Both the position numbers and the translations under genes were made by a program. Positions 6,188 through 13,666 of a stretch of 13,666 nucleotides of DNA are shown here, piece after piece. The DNA is taken from positions 1-13,666 of the forward strand of contig JBBIMK010000041.1 of NCBI GenBank assembly GCA_037444445.1, read 5' to 3'. The notes below the pieces were generated by a model. The model did not search any database. It was not told the origin of the DNA and was given only the letters and a program-made list of their open reading frames with translations. Position 1 is the first letter of the stretch. Each line of letters starts with the position of its first letter. The DNA comes from a bacterium. Lineage in GTDB: Bacteria > UBP7 > UBA6624 > JBBIMK01.

Positions 6188-7672
6188 TTACAGGGGGAGG
6201 CGGATGAAGAAGGTGGAGCCTGACCCTGCAGGGGCGGGGCTTTCCACCCATACATCACCCCCGTGCATCAGGACATAACTTTTGACAATGGCGAGGCCGA
6301 GCCCCGCCCCAGCATACCTTCGGGTTTCCCCGCTTTCCACTTGAAAGAAAGGCTCAAAAATTCGCTTCCGGTGTTCGGGAAGGATTCCGATACCCGTATC
6401 TTTCACCCAGAATATCATTTCCCGGTCGCTGGCACGGGCTCCCAGTTCCACCGTTCCCTGAGGGGTGAATTTGAAAGCATTGGACAAAAGGTTGAGTATC
6501 ACCTGGCGGAGTTTCATCCGGTCGGCGTTCAGAAGGGGAAGAGAGGGCGGAAGGGATAAAACCAGCCTCAACCCTTTTTCTTCCGCCAGAGGCAATGTGG
6601 AGCGGTAGCACTCGGAAAGGACTTCTGCTGGCTGAAATTTCTCTCGCTTCAATTCCTCTTTTCCTGCTTCAATTCTGGAGAAGTCCAGAATCTGGGAAAT
6701 CAGCCCGAGGAGATGACGGGCGCTGGATAATATCACACTCACATCCTCTCTCTGCTTTTCGTCCAGTTTCCCCTCCACTCCTTCTAAAAGCAGTTGAGAG
6801 AAGCCGATGATGGCGCTGAGAGGCGTTTTCAGTTCGTGGCTGATGTTCGCCAGAAATTCGGATTTGACACGCAGGGCTTCCCGAAGCTGGCGGTTGGTTT
6901 CCTCTACCGCCATGCGGGTCTGAAGAATGGAGGCGGTCATCTGATTGAATTCCTCTGATAGCACCTGCAATTCATCACCGGTGCGAATCTGAACCGTATG
7001 CACTTCGCCCCGGGAGAAAGCCTGAACCGCCCGAGTTAAAACCCCCACAGGCTGAACCAGGGTTTTATAGACCAGATACGACAGAAGAACGCCGAGGAAA
7101 AGATACAATGCGGTAATCCAGAGGATGACGGTGAGTTCCCTTCGCATCTCGCTCTGGACGCCCGCAAGGGATATACCAATCCGTGCATACCCGATGATTT
7201 GTTCCTTCTGCTGGGGTGGAGTTCCAGGGAAGAGAAGTTCTTCGCCTGTCGCTGTGCTACTTTCCCACCAGACGAGCGGATACACTAAATCGTAGTAGGG
7301 CTTTTGTTGAAGAACCTGTCGGGATATCCGGGGTTTTGAGGGCGGGCTGGTCAACGGATGTGGCAGTGGCTTCACAATCCCCTTGACCGTTCGTATGGCA
7401 AGCACTCGGTCACCCCGGACAATTTCAGCGAAGAGCACATCACCCATCACCAGATTATCCACCAGATTTTGCAACCGCGGCTCATCTTCAATGACGGCAA
7501 AGTAGACGCTGTTTCCTGCCAGATTACTTGCCAGGGCTTTTCCCCGTTCCACGGTCTGCCTCTCCAGTTCCAGGCGGAATCGCTGAAGGGAAATCCAGGC
7601 AAAGGAGAAAGAAAACAGCACCACCGCAGAAATCATCAAAAACAGAAATTTCAGGCTGAGGCTTACACGCAT
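6188..7672 (-). CDS. Sensor histidine kinase (TM - periplasmic domain - TM - HAMP - HisKA - HATPase_c)
   Basis: H-box 'SHELKTPL', N-box 'ILNLLSNAFKFT', G-boxes 'VKDTGIGI' and 'GAGLGLAIV'. Two TM segments flank a ~150-aa extracytoplasmic region. The ATG lies 1 nt after the upstream gene's TAG. Confidence 0.9.
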   Translation of the reverse strand: MRVSLSLKFLFLMISAVVLFSFSFAWISLQRFRLELERQTVERGKALASNLAGNSVYFAVIEDEPRLQNLVDNLVMGDVLFAEIVRGDRVLAIRTVKGIVKPLPHPLTSPPSKPRISRQVLQQKPYYDLVYPLVWWESSTATGEELLFPGTPPQQKEQIIGYARIGISLAGVQSEMRRELTVILWITALYLFLGVLLSYLVYKTLVQPVGVLTRAVQAFSRGEVHTVQIRTGDELQVLSEEFNQMTASILQTRMAVEETNRQLREALRVKSEFLANISHELKTPLSAIIGFSQLLLEGVEGKLDEKQREDVSVILSSARHLLGLISQILDFSRIEAGKEELKREKFQPAEVLSECYRSTLPLAEEKGLRLVLSLPPSLPLLNADRMKLRQVILNLLSNAFKFTPQGTVELGARASDREMIFWVKDTGIGILPEHRKRIFEPFFQVESGETRRYAGAGLGLAIVKSYVLMHGGDVWVESPAPAGSGSTFFIRLPL

Positions 7673-7673
7673 T

Positions 7674-8531
7674 CTAATATACCTTCCACGCTTTTTTCAA
7701 AAGGGTCTTGGGGAAGTGGATGTTAAAGATTTCAGCGATTTTGGAGTTGAGAGATAACAGAAGTTTCTGGGGCGGGAAGATGCCCGCTTTCTCACCGCCA
7801 GCCACTTTCTCCACCAGGCTTGCAGTCTGGGCACCCACAGCCTTAAAATCCGGAGAAAGGGAAAACAGAGCCCCCCGCTGGGTGAAATACGGGGAAGGAC
7901 CCACCACCGGAATCCCTCTCCTGAGAGAAGTTTCCATCAAATAATCCACTGTCGTTCCCTTCCCGATGAGAGGGTCAGCAAGAACCCAGAGAATATCCAT
8001 CTTCCCCTGCATCGCTTGAATCTGCTTGAAAATGTCCTTTTCCGTTTTCACGGGTATAGGCAGGACTTCTAACTGAAACGCTTTCGCAGATTCTCGGGCA
8101 TCCGTAAGATAGGTTTGAAAAGTATCTGGAGTTTCAAACATGCCGATGCGTTTCGCCCAGGGAGTAATTTCTTTAATTGCCTGGAAGACATCCCGATGGT
8201 TAATCAGGAGGGTGACGCCGCTGACTTTCTCCCTGTATGGATTATCCACTGTCAGCACCATACATACGAGGATGGGTTTTTCGCCTGCGATGGCTATGGC
8301 TTTCTCCATAGCCTTCTGACCGAGGGCGAGGAGCACATCTCCTTGCGGATGGAAGATGCTTTCCACCAGATGGGTTTGAACTTCTCCAGTGAATTTCTCC
8401 CGGAAGCCGGCAAGGGCTTCTGCATACGGACCCTTCTCTTCAGGCAGAATCACATCTATGCGAAGACTCAAAAAGCCTGCAAGAAGCCATCCCCGGACCA
8501 GCCATTTCGGGAGCACAGGAGAAAATTTCAC
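7674..8531 (-). CDS. Periplasmic ABC-type substrate-binding-like protein (ABC_sub_bind/PF04392-like) with no transporter partners
   Basis: I place the start at GTG 8531-8529, which forms a GTGA overlap with the receptor gene's stop. The track start at 8645 would overlap that gene by 118 nt. The N-terminus 'KWLVRGWLLAGFLSL' is signal-like. The C-terminal pattern 'GIPVVGPS...GALFSLSPDFKAVGAQTASLVEKV..GEKAG' is typical of this family. Confidence 0.75.
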   Translation of the reverse strand: MKFSPVLPKWLVRGWLLAGFLSLRIDVILPEEKGPYAEALAGFREKFTGEVQTHLVESIFHPQGDVLLALGQKAMEKAIAIAGEKPILVCMVLTVDNPYREKVSGVTLLINHRDVFQAIKEITPWAKRIGMFETPDTFQTYLTDARESAKAFQLEVLPIPVKTEKDIFKQIQAMQGKMDILWVLADPLIGKGTTVDYLMETSLRRGIPVVGPSPYFTQRGALFSLSPDFKAVGAQTASLVEKVAGGEKAGIFPPQKLLLSLNSKIAEIFNIHFPKTLLKKAWKVY

Positions 8532-10474
8532 CACGGGCTGGAAAGTTCCACCACGATTTTCCTGTCCAGGCGAGAGGTTACGAACTCCTCGTGAGGGCGG
8601 TTGAGAACATTGAAACCGAAAAGGCGAAGTTGAAGGTTTCGCCACAGAGTATACCGGACCGCGGCGTTCACGAGGATATAATCATTGACCGGCTGGAGTT
8701 GAGAGGCGAAGCGACCCACCTCCCATCGGGTTTGGCCCACATATAGCCCCTGCAGATGGGCAGAAAACCGTGCCTGTTTCGGTGAACCGTAGGAAAGTTC
8801 AATGCCGACTTTCGTTTTTGGAAAATTGGTGAGATGAACACCCCCCACCCCTTCTTGGTAGGTGGCGTTCAGGAGCCCGCTCCAGGATGGGGAAAGGGCG
8901 TGATGAAGGGAAACTTCCACCCCGGCGATACGAGTGCTTTCCACATTGACAAAAATCAATTTATCCACACTGCTATTGGGATTTCTTACGAAAATCCGGT
9001 CAATCCGTCGGTGGAGTTGATTGTAAAACAGGTTGAGTTCGCCGCGGGTGCGGAACCCCGAAGAAATTTCCAGGCCAATTTCTGTGGCGTTCATTCGCTC
9101 ATAGCCGATGGTGGGTGTGCCCTGGAACTCCAGCAGGACGCCGTTATCCAGAACCATAAAATCCGAGTATTGCTCAAAGAGGTTGGGGGCGCGGAACATC
9201 GTAAAATTGGAGACCCGGAGGCTGACGGCGGGGGATAACTCTTCCACATACGAGAAGAAAGGGGAGAATCGGGCGCCTGCAGAAAAGTGGCGGTCCAATC
9301 GTCCGCCCGCATACAAATTCACCCCACGGCTTCCCGTATACTTGAACTGCATATAGCCCCCAAAATTCCACCGGGAAGTTTCTTGAAGCAGAGGAGAACG
9401 CTCCGAAAACCCCAATGGATGACCGGGGTCCGGAGTGTTGGGTCCGGTATCTGAACGAAGATGCTCAGCCTCCACGCCCCAGGAGAAGAGATTTCGTTCT
9501 CCCACGGGAAAATACTGATGAGCCTGAAACCCGATTCGGTCCACCGCCACTCTGTTCTTTGCCGTTTGCTGGGTGGAAGGAATCACTGATTCTGAGCGAT
9601 TGAAGGTCAAAAAAGCCTCTGTCATGCGAAGAGGGCGAGGGGTGTGCTTGTAGTGAATCCCGGTGTTAAACAGTTGAACATCGGAGTCAAAAGTGGACAC
9701 CGCCAGAGGCAAGAATGTTTTCCCCCTCCGGTCAGAGCCGGAAAACTGAAAGGTCATCTCCTCAGAAGGACGGAGGCGAATCCCCACTTTTCCTGACCAT
9801 TTCAAATCCTTATCAAACAACAACTCCTCCTCCGGAGGCCATCCATTGGTGCGAAAGCCGGAAAGGAAGAAGTAATGAGAGAATCGGGGAGTTCTGCCTG
9901 CCCGGCGGAGGGATGCCCGGTAGGTTCCATGTTCCCCCGCCTGCAGGGCTGTCCATCCACCTTCCACATCCTCCGGATTTTTGGTGAGAATATGGATGAC
10001 GCCGGAAAGAGCATTGGCGCCATAAATCGTGCCCGGGGTTTTCACAATCTCAATCCGCTTCACATCTTCCAGGGCTACCGGTATCAGGTTCCAGTCCGTA
10101 ACCCCGTAGAAATCCAGGAAGGGACGCTGACCATCAATCAATATCAACAGTTTGGTGGAAGCGAAAGGGTTGAGCCCCCGGAGCCCTAACTGGGACTGGG
10201 CGGCATTGAGTATCATCACCTCGGTGCCCACGACCATCCGGAGTAAATCCGGCAGGTTGGTGGCAGAGGAAGCCCGAATATCTTCCTCCGTTAAAACCGT
10301 CACTGCCGTGGGAGATTCAAACAGGCGTAGAGGAATTTTGGCTGGCGTCACCACCTCCTCCTGGAACAGGATGCCCTCCTCCATTCCTTTCCCCTCTTCC
10401 TGACCCAGCACCACTCCCGTGTTCCAGAGAATTATGCCGGAAAGAAAGAAGGAAAACACCGTTTTTCTCATCAC
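8528..10474 (-). CDS. TonB-dependent outer-membrane receptor
   Basis: Signal peptide 'MRKTVFSFFLSGIILWNTGVVLG'. Plug-domain motifs 'ESPTAVTVLTEEDIRASSATNLPDLLRMVVG' and 'IEIVKTPGTIYGANALSGVIHI'. Beta-barrel-like alternating pattern with a terminal aromatic residue (W). The start is either GTG 10474 or ATG 10471. Confidence 0.9.
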   Translation of the reverse strand: MMRKTVFSFFLSGIILWNTGVVLGQEEGKGMEEGILFQEEVVTPAKIPLRLFESPTAVTVLTEEDIRASSATNLPDLLRMVVGTEVMILNAAQSQLGLRGLNPFASTKLLILIDGQRPFLDFYGVTDWNLIPVALEDVKRIEIVKTPGTIYGANALSGVIHILTKNPEDVEGGWTALQAGEHGTYRASLRRAGRTPRFSHYFFLSGFRTNGWPPEEELLFDKDLKWSGKVGIRLRPSEEMTFQFSGSDRRGKTFLPLAVSTFDSDVQLFNTGIHYKHTPRPLRMTEAFLTFNRSESVIPSTQQTAKNRVAVDRIGFQAHQYFPVGERNLFSWGVEAEHLRSDTGPNTPDPGHPLGFSERSPLLQETSRWNFGGYMQFKYTGSRGVNLYAGGRLDRHFSAGARFSPFFSYVEELSPAVSLRVSNFTMFRAPNLFEQYSDFMVLDNGVLLEFQGTPTIGYERMNATEIGLEISSGFRTRGELNLFYNQLHRRIDRIFVRNPNSSVDKLIFVNVESTRIAGVEVSLHHALSPSWSGLLNATYQEGVGGVHLTNFPKTKVGIELSYGSPKQARFSAHLQGLYVGQTRWEVGRFASQLQPVNDYILVNAAVRYTLWRNLQLRLFGFNVLNRPHEEFVTSRLDRKIVVELSSPW

Positions 10475-10551
10475 CTATATCATAGCATTTTTTCCGCCCG
10501 AGTCCCTTGCCCTTCCCTTTTCCTATTTTCGTTGAGGCAAATGGTAGGGGG

Positions 10552-10581
10552 TTGACTTTTACGGGGAGGGTGTGGCATAAT
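10552..10581 (+). promoter_or_regulatory. Candidate sigma70-type promoter for the lipoprotein gene
   Basis: TTGACT (10552-10557), an 18-nt spacer, then an extended -10 TGgCATAAT (10573-10581), about 20 nt upstream of the start codons. Confidence 0.35.
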
Positions 10582-10601
10582 GAACAGTAGTGGAGGGATG
10601 C

Positions 10602-11165
10602 ATGATGAAAAAATGGGTATGGATAGGCGGTATCTTATTGCTCTGGTCAGCCTGCGGGGGTGGCGGCGGAGGTGAACCAGCCCCTTCTCTCACCGTCTCT
10701 TCCATTCTCCTTGAGCCGGTGGAAGTGGGCCCCATTAGTTCCGGACAAACTCTCTTCGTGCGCCTGAGGGCCCAGAATGTAGCAGGGCTTTTCCAGGGTG
10801 CCTTTCGGGTCGTATTTGATACCTCTCGCTTGCAGTTCCTGTCATTTACACCTTCGGATTTCCTTCAAAGGCAGGTGGAAAACCCCACCTGTCTTGGACT
10901 TTTAACCACGGTGAACCCCTTTCCACAGACAGGCGTTATCGCAGTCTCCATCTCCCGGAAAGGCACCTCCTGCGGCCCCACAGATAAAATCAACGGTGAA
11001 GTCGGCGTCTTCTCTTTCACAGCCCTTCAGAACCTGAACACCTATAAAACACTGGTGGTTTTCCCGGCTGACATCGTCCGCTTCCGCTTTCGGAACGAGA
11101 CTGCCACCAATTTTTCCCTCGAAAGATTGTCATCCCTGCAGGTGAAACTCATACCCCCATCCTGA
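10602..11165 (+). CDS. Lipoprotein with a cohesin-like beta-sandwich domain
   Basis: Signal peptide plus lipobox 'LLLWSAC' followed by a Gly-rich linker. 'LFVRLRAQNVAGLFQGAFRVVFDTSRLQFLSFTPSDF' resembles cohesin-domain signatures. GGAGGG lies 4-7 nt before ATG 10602/10605. Confidence 0.75.
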   Translation: MMKKWVWIGGILLLWSACGGGGGGEPAPSLTVSSILLEPVEVGPISSGQTLFVRLRAQNVAGLFQGAFRVVFDTSRLQFLSFTPSDFLQRQVENPTCLGLLTTVNPFPQTGVIAVSISRKGTSCGPTDKINGEVGVFSFTALQNLNTYKTLVVFPADIVRFRFRNETATNFSLERLSSLQVKLIPPS

Positions 11166-11232
11166 ATTCCATTCAATGCTTATCGGCTTAGATAAGGAAA
11201 ATCAAGATAGGATAATTCGGCTTGCCAGATGA

Positions 11233-11625
11233 AACGAAATCGGTGGCAAAAGCGGAAGAACAGGACTTACCTTAACAGGTCTCAAAGACCTTTCCACGAA
11301 AACCCGCATCTGTGGTTGTGGAATTGTGGTTGGTGCAGTTGAGGGTAGGGGGAACCAGCATCAAGCCGAATCCGTTTGCGAGTGATACCCGATGTTACTG
11401 CCAGGACCCCTGAAAAGTTCATCCGGGACGATATGGAAGAGAACTCATCGGTCGTAACGGATGCGATGCGATGTAGGAGAGGCACAAAATCCTGACGAAT
11501 TTATGTTCCGTTCCCATCGGTGGGTTACAACAATGGCGGCGTTACAAACGGCCATCGGAATAGGCTCCCACATTCAAAGCCCAACCTATGAGAATATTCA
11601 TACCGCTGGGGAGTCAGGTGCGTAG
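11233..11625 (+). pseudogene. Degraded IS1595-family (ISXO2-like DDE) transposase remnant, split over three frames and lacking the N-terminal Zn-ribbon region
   Basis: Frame 1: 'NEIGGKSGRTG...KTRI...VVGAVEGRG' (compare DE.yiGGK...GK.pV.g.vERgG). Frame 2 (11349-11492): 'IRLRVIPDVTARTPEKFIRDDMEENSSVVTDAMRCRRG' (compare v..vv.d.s..tL..fi...v..gs.v.TD.w.gY.g). Frame 3 (11560-11622): 'GSHIQSPTYENIHTAGE' (compare G.yH.vSpkhL..Yl.Ef). Recognised from memory of the family only. Confidence 0.5.
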
Positions 11626-11649
11626 ACTCATGGGGGGAGGCTGAAATAG

Positions 11650-12246
11650 TTGGCAAAGGTTGATGCGGAAGTCTTGAGGATGCTGAAAGATGTTGCTCAT
11701 GCCTTGAATGCCTCAAATGTCTCTTATGCCATTGGTGGTGCTGTTGCTATGGCCCTATACGGGGTGAGGCGGCAGACTATGGATGTGGATGTTTTCTTTC
11801 CACAGGAAGCAAAGGCCAACGCATTAGAGGCGATTCGGAAGATCGGCTATCACATTGAACCCATTGGCGCTCCTTTCCTGTATGCGGCGTACCCACCCTG
11901 GGAGACATCCGACCGCGAGATTCGGGTTGACCTGCTTTTCCCCGAAGACGACCCCGAACTTACTGCAATCCAGACTGCTGAAGCAGTGGAAATCTCCGAG
12001 GAGACCACAGTCCCCGTCTTTTCACCTCTGATGTTAACTCTCTCGCGTCTTTACTCGGACCAACCCAGGCACCTGGCAGATTTACAGATGATGTTTGACC
12101 GAGGGCTTATTCCTGTCAAGGAAGTCGTTTTGATTCTACAGGAACATGACCCTGAAATGCTCACCGAATTCAGGCGGTTCCTGGATAAGGTGACAGGCCC
12201 TCAGAAGAGACGCAGACCCCCAAAGGGATTAGGAGGCAAGAAGTAA
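11650..12246 (+). CDS. Pol-beta-superfamily nucleotidyltransferase-fold protein (AbiEii/MNT-like), function unknown
   Basis: 'YAIGGAVAMALYGVRRQTMDVDVFF' carries the GG/GS...DxD NTase signature. A downstream acidic motif is 'RVDLLFPED'. The tail 'KRRRPPKGLGGKK' is basic. TTG start with GGGAGG about 9 nt upstream; ATG 11680 is an alternative start. Confidence 0.7.
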   Translation: MAKVDAEVLRMLKDVAHALNASNVSYAIGGAVAMALYGVRRQTMDVDVFFPQEAKANALEAIRKIGYHIEPIGAPFLYAAYPPWETSDREIRVDLLFPEDDPELTAIQTAEAVEISEETTVPVFSPLMLTLSRLYSDQPRHLADLQMMFDRGLIPVKEVVLILQEHDPEMLTEFRRFLDKVTGPQKRRRPPKGLGGKK

Positions 12247-12293
12247 TTCACACTTCCTTCTCTAAGTCCATAAGCATTTTTCATCTAAGTTAA

Positions 12294-13100
12294 ATGAGTA
12301 TCTTTCGTCATCTATCCCGGGCTTCTGAAATCGTCTGGGGGGATTTCACTCAGTGCGTTCTCCTCGTGTTCATCCCTCTGATGATTGCCCAGACGCTATT
12401 CCAGGGGCTTTCCAGATTTCTGCCCTCACCCTGGGGTTCCATAGCAGGATTCATTTTCTTTTTTATGCCCGCCTTTGTAGTGATTGGTTATGCTGTGGTG
12501 AATATGATAGAAGTGGAAATTGGTCTCGGCGACCTGATGACTGCCCTGAAAGATTTTTCCATCAGCGCTATGATGCTGGGAGCCATCCTCATCCCTGTGG
12601 TCTGGGCTGGCTTGATGTTGGTGAATTCCATCCCCATTCCCCTTCTGACGAGAGCCGCTCAGGGAATCCTCCCTTTGCTTCCCCTTTTCTTCACCCTCTT
12701 TCTGGTGGACAAAAATGAGGGGGTTTTGAAAGCCTTAACAGACGGGCTTTACGCTTTTTTCACCGGCATACTCTTCTTTATCTTTTACCTGGGCGCTTCA
12801 GGCGTTCTGATGATAGGGGCCTCTGTCATTGCCATCCCGGCAAGGTTGCCTCTTGTGGGCCTCATTTTCTGGATTCTATCCATGCTGGCAATGGCTTTTG
12901 TGCAGACCCTGTTAGTGTTTACCCTCGGGAGTTTCTACTGGGAAATCTCGGGGAAAGAAAGAGAGGAAGAAGCAAGGATGAAGCGGAGGGAGTATGATAT
13001 AAAAGAAATGCCCAGTGTCTGGAAAAAGCCAGAGAAAGTGGAGCGTCCAGTGAATGTAGATGAAACAGAGATTCCATCGGAATCCCGTGGCGCTGGCTGA
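12294..13100 (+). CDS. Hypothetical polytopic (~6 TM) membrane protein with a charged C-terminal tail
   Basis: 268-aa ORF with six long hydrophobic segments and a tail 'GKEREEEARMKRREYDIKEMPSVWKKPEKVERP'. It starts 47 nt downstream of the NTase gene on the same strand. No obvious RBS. Confidence 0.7.
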   Translation: MSIFRHLSRASEIVWGDFTQCVLLVFIPLMIAQTLFQGLSRFLPSPWGSIAGFIFFFMPAFVVIGYAVVNMIEVEIGLGDLMTALKDFSISAMMLGAILIPVVWAGLMLVNSIPIPLLTRAAQGILPLLPLFFTLFLVDKNEGVLKALTDGLYAFFTGILFFIFYLGASGVLMIGASVIAIPARLPLVGLIFWILSMLAMAFVQTLLVFTLGSFYWEISGKEREEEARMKRREYDIKEMPSVWKKPEKVERPVNVDETEIPSESRGAG

Positions 13101-13361
13101 AGGCTTCCTTTTTCTTCTACGGGCTACTTACTGCGGTCTCCCGGGGAGGCCGGGAGGCTCGCTTCTGCATCTCTTCCGGCGGACCTCGGTAATATTCCTG
13201 TCGCTGCATTACCCGGTCCACGGTTTCCCCAATTAAAATCTTCATTGCCTTGAGGGTGTTTTCAGGGAGTTCAGACCATTCGTTGAAGGTATATCGTTGG
13301 AAATCTCATTCTAATGATATCTTGTTCATCATAACGGCGACTAACTGTTTCGGAACAGGCC

Positions 13362-13666
13362 TCAAATACAGCCAAATCTAAGTGCGTATATCTCATACGA
13401 AGCTCTTTTGAGGAAGGGAATAGGTCCGGTCTTTCGCATCCCGCCGAAGCCTATCTTCCAGCCATCTTCATTCACCGCTATCACCTTCTCACCCATCCGG
13501 GAATATAATACGCCGCCGGTGAACTCTCCCGTGCTATCGGTGAATCGTAAGGGCGTGCCGGAGATGTTGGATTGAACATAGGAAGAGTTGGCGCCGGTGC
13601 CTCGCTTCAGCAATCTCCCCCCGTCCCAGAAATACTCCTCCACCACCTGATTACTGGCATCCCGCT
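13362..13666 (-). CDS. 3' end of an RHS/YD-repeat protein gene (partial; open to the window edge), with a degenerate core terminus and no toxin domain
   Basis: The frame stays open upstream of the track start ('..RDASNQVVEEYFWDGGRLL'). YD-repeat-like 'YFWDGGRLL'. RHS-core-like 'YVQSNISGTPLRFTDSTGEF..LYSRMGEKV' and 'FGGMRKTGPIPFLKRASYEIYALRFGCI*'. Confidence 0.55.
   Translation of the reverse strand, partial: RDASNQVVEEYFWDGGRLLKRGTGANSSYVQSNISGTPLRFTDSTGEFTGGVLYSRMGEKVIAVNEDGWKIGFGGMRKTGPIPFLKRASYEIYALRFGCI

Noticed and set aside
10475-10601. Fur box, cobalamin or other riboswitch, or a sigma/anti-sigma signalling extension associated with the TonB-dependent receptor.
   Set aside because: The divergent intergenic region is only ~125 nt and has no GATAATGATAATCATTATC-like sequence or riboswitch-sized leader. 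The receptor has no N-terminal signalling extension before the plug domain.
11179-11196. Hairpin cttatc-ggctta-gataag just after the lipoprotein gene, and the GC-rich hairpin ctcccgg-ggagg-ccgggag at 13138-13156, as intrinsic terminators.
   Set aside because: Neither is followed by a U-tract on either strand, and both stems are only 6-7 bp. I left them uncalled.
11513-11557. Mirror-type repeat 'ccatcgg..gttacaa..gttacaa..ccatcgg' and the tandem pentamer gatgc/gatgc/gatgt (11460-11474).
   Set aside because: The repeats are mirror or direct, not reverse-complementary, so no hairpin or operator-like symmetry results. They lie inside the decayed transposase remnant and fit slippage in non-selected DNA.
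11282-11716. Minus-strand ORFs 11282-11485 (67 aa) and 11525-11716 (63 aa). Also the idea that the 480-bp gap encodes a structured ncRNA (retron msr/msd, RNase P, tmRNA or group II intron) next to the NTase gene.
   Set aside because: The ORF products are not protein-like, and one overlaps the NTase start. I found none of the conserved RNase P, tmRNA or intron domain V sequences. The plus strand carries ordered transposase fragments that explain the region better. An Infernal/Rfam scan would settle this.
13306-13308. In-frame TGA as evidence of an alternative genetic code (UGA read as Gly or Trp) or selenocysteine.
   Set aside because: TGA is clearly used as a stop in this window (mntA at 558-560, the TonB-dependent receptor at 8528-8530, fabL at 5703-5705, and the lipoprotein gene). 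I also saw no SECIS-like hairpin immediately downstream of this TGA.
1-13666. CRISPR arrays, tRNA, rRNA or tmRNA genes, and integrase or att-site signatures of an intact mobile element.
   Set aside because: A visual scan found no regularly spaced direct repeats, no T-loop (GGTTCGAATCC-like) motifs and no integrase or recombinase ORF. Only decayed IS and RHS fragments are present.

Overview
This 13.7-kb window is bacterial and probably from a diderm: it has a TonB-dependent receptor, a lipobox lipoprotein and GGAGG-type ribosome-binding sites. I support about 14 coding regions plus several gene remnants. I recognised no rRNA, tRNA or CRISPR array. From left to right: (1) A visibly GC-richer, decaying type I restriction-modification locus. 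Only the last ~75 codons of hsdM survive, still overlapping an MntA/HepT (type VII) toxin-antitoxin pair, and the 3' end of hepT looks frameshifted. (2) A membrane-anchored PH/GRAM-like protein, a DUF2029/GT87-like polytopic glycosyltransferase, and an orphan phage XkdF-like (Peptidase_S78_2) protein. (3) Divergent from the XkdF-like gene, a DEDDh 3'-5' exonuclease fused to a WYL sensor domain. This pair is my best candidate for an undescribed system. (4) A FabL-like enoyl-ACP reductase overlapping a VKOR-like membrane thiol oxidoreductase. (5) A tightly coupled minus-strand operon: TonB-dependent receptor, orphan ABC-type substrate-binding protein, then a HAMP histidine kinase. (6) A cohesin-like lipoprotein. 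(7) A scar-rich accessory island with a multiply frameshifted IS1595-type transposase remnant, a Pol-beta-fold nucleotidyltransferase plus a ~6-TM membrane protein, a small ORF interrupted by TGA, and the degenerate 3' end of an RHS/YD-repeat gene that runs off the window. All family assignments come from motif recognition by eye and memory; no database search was run.
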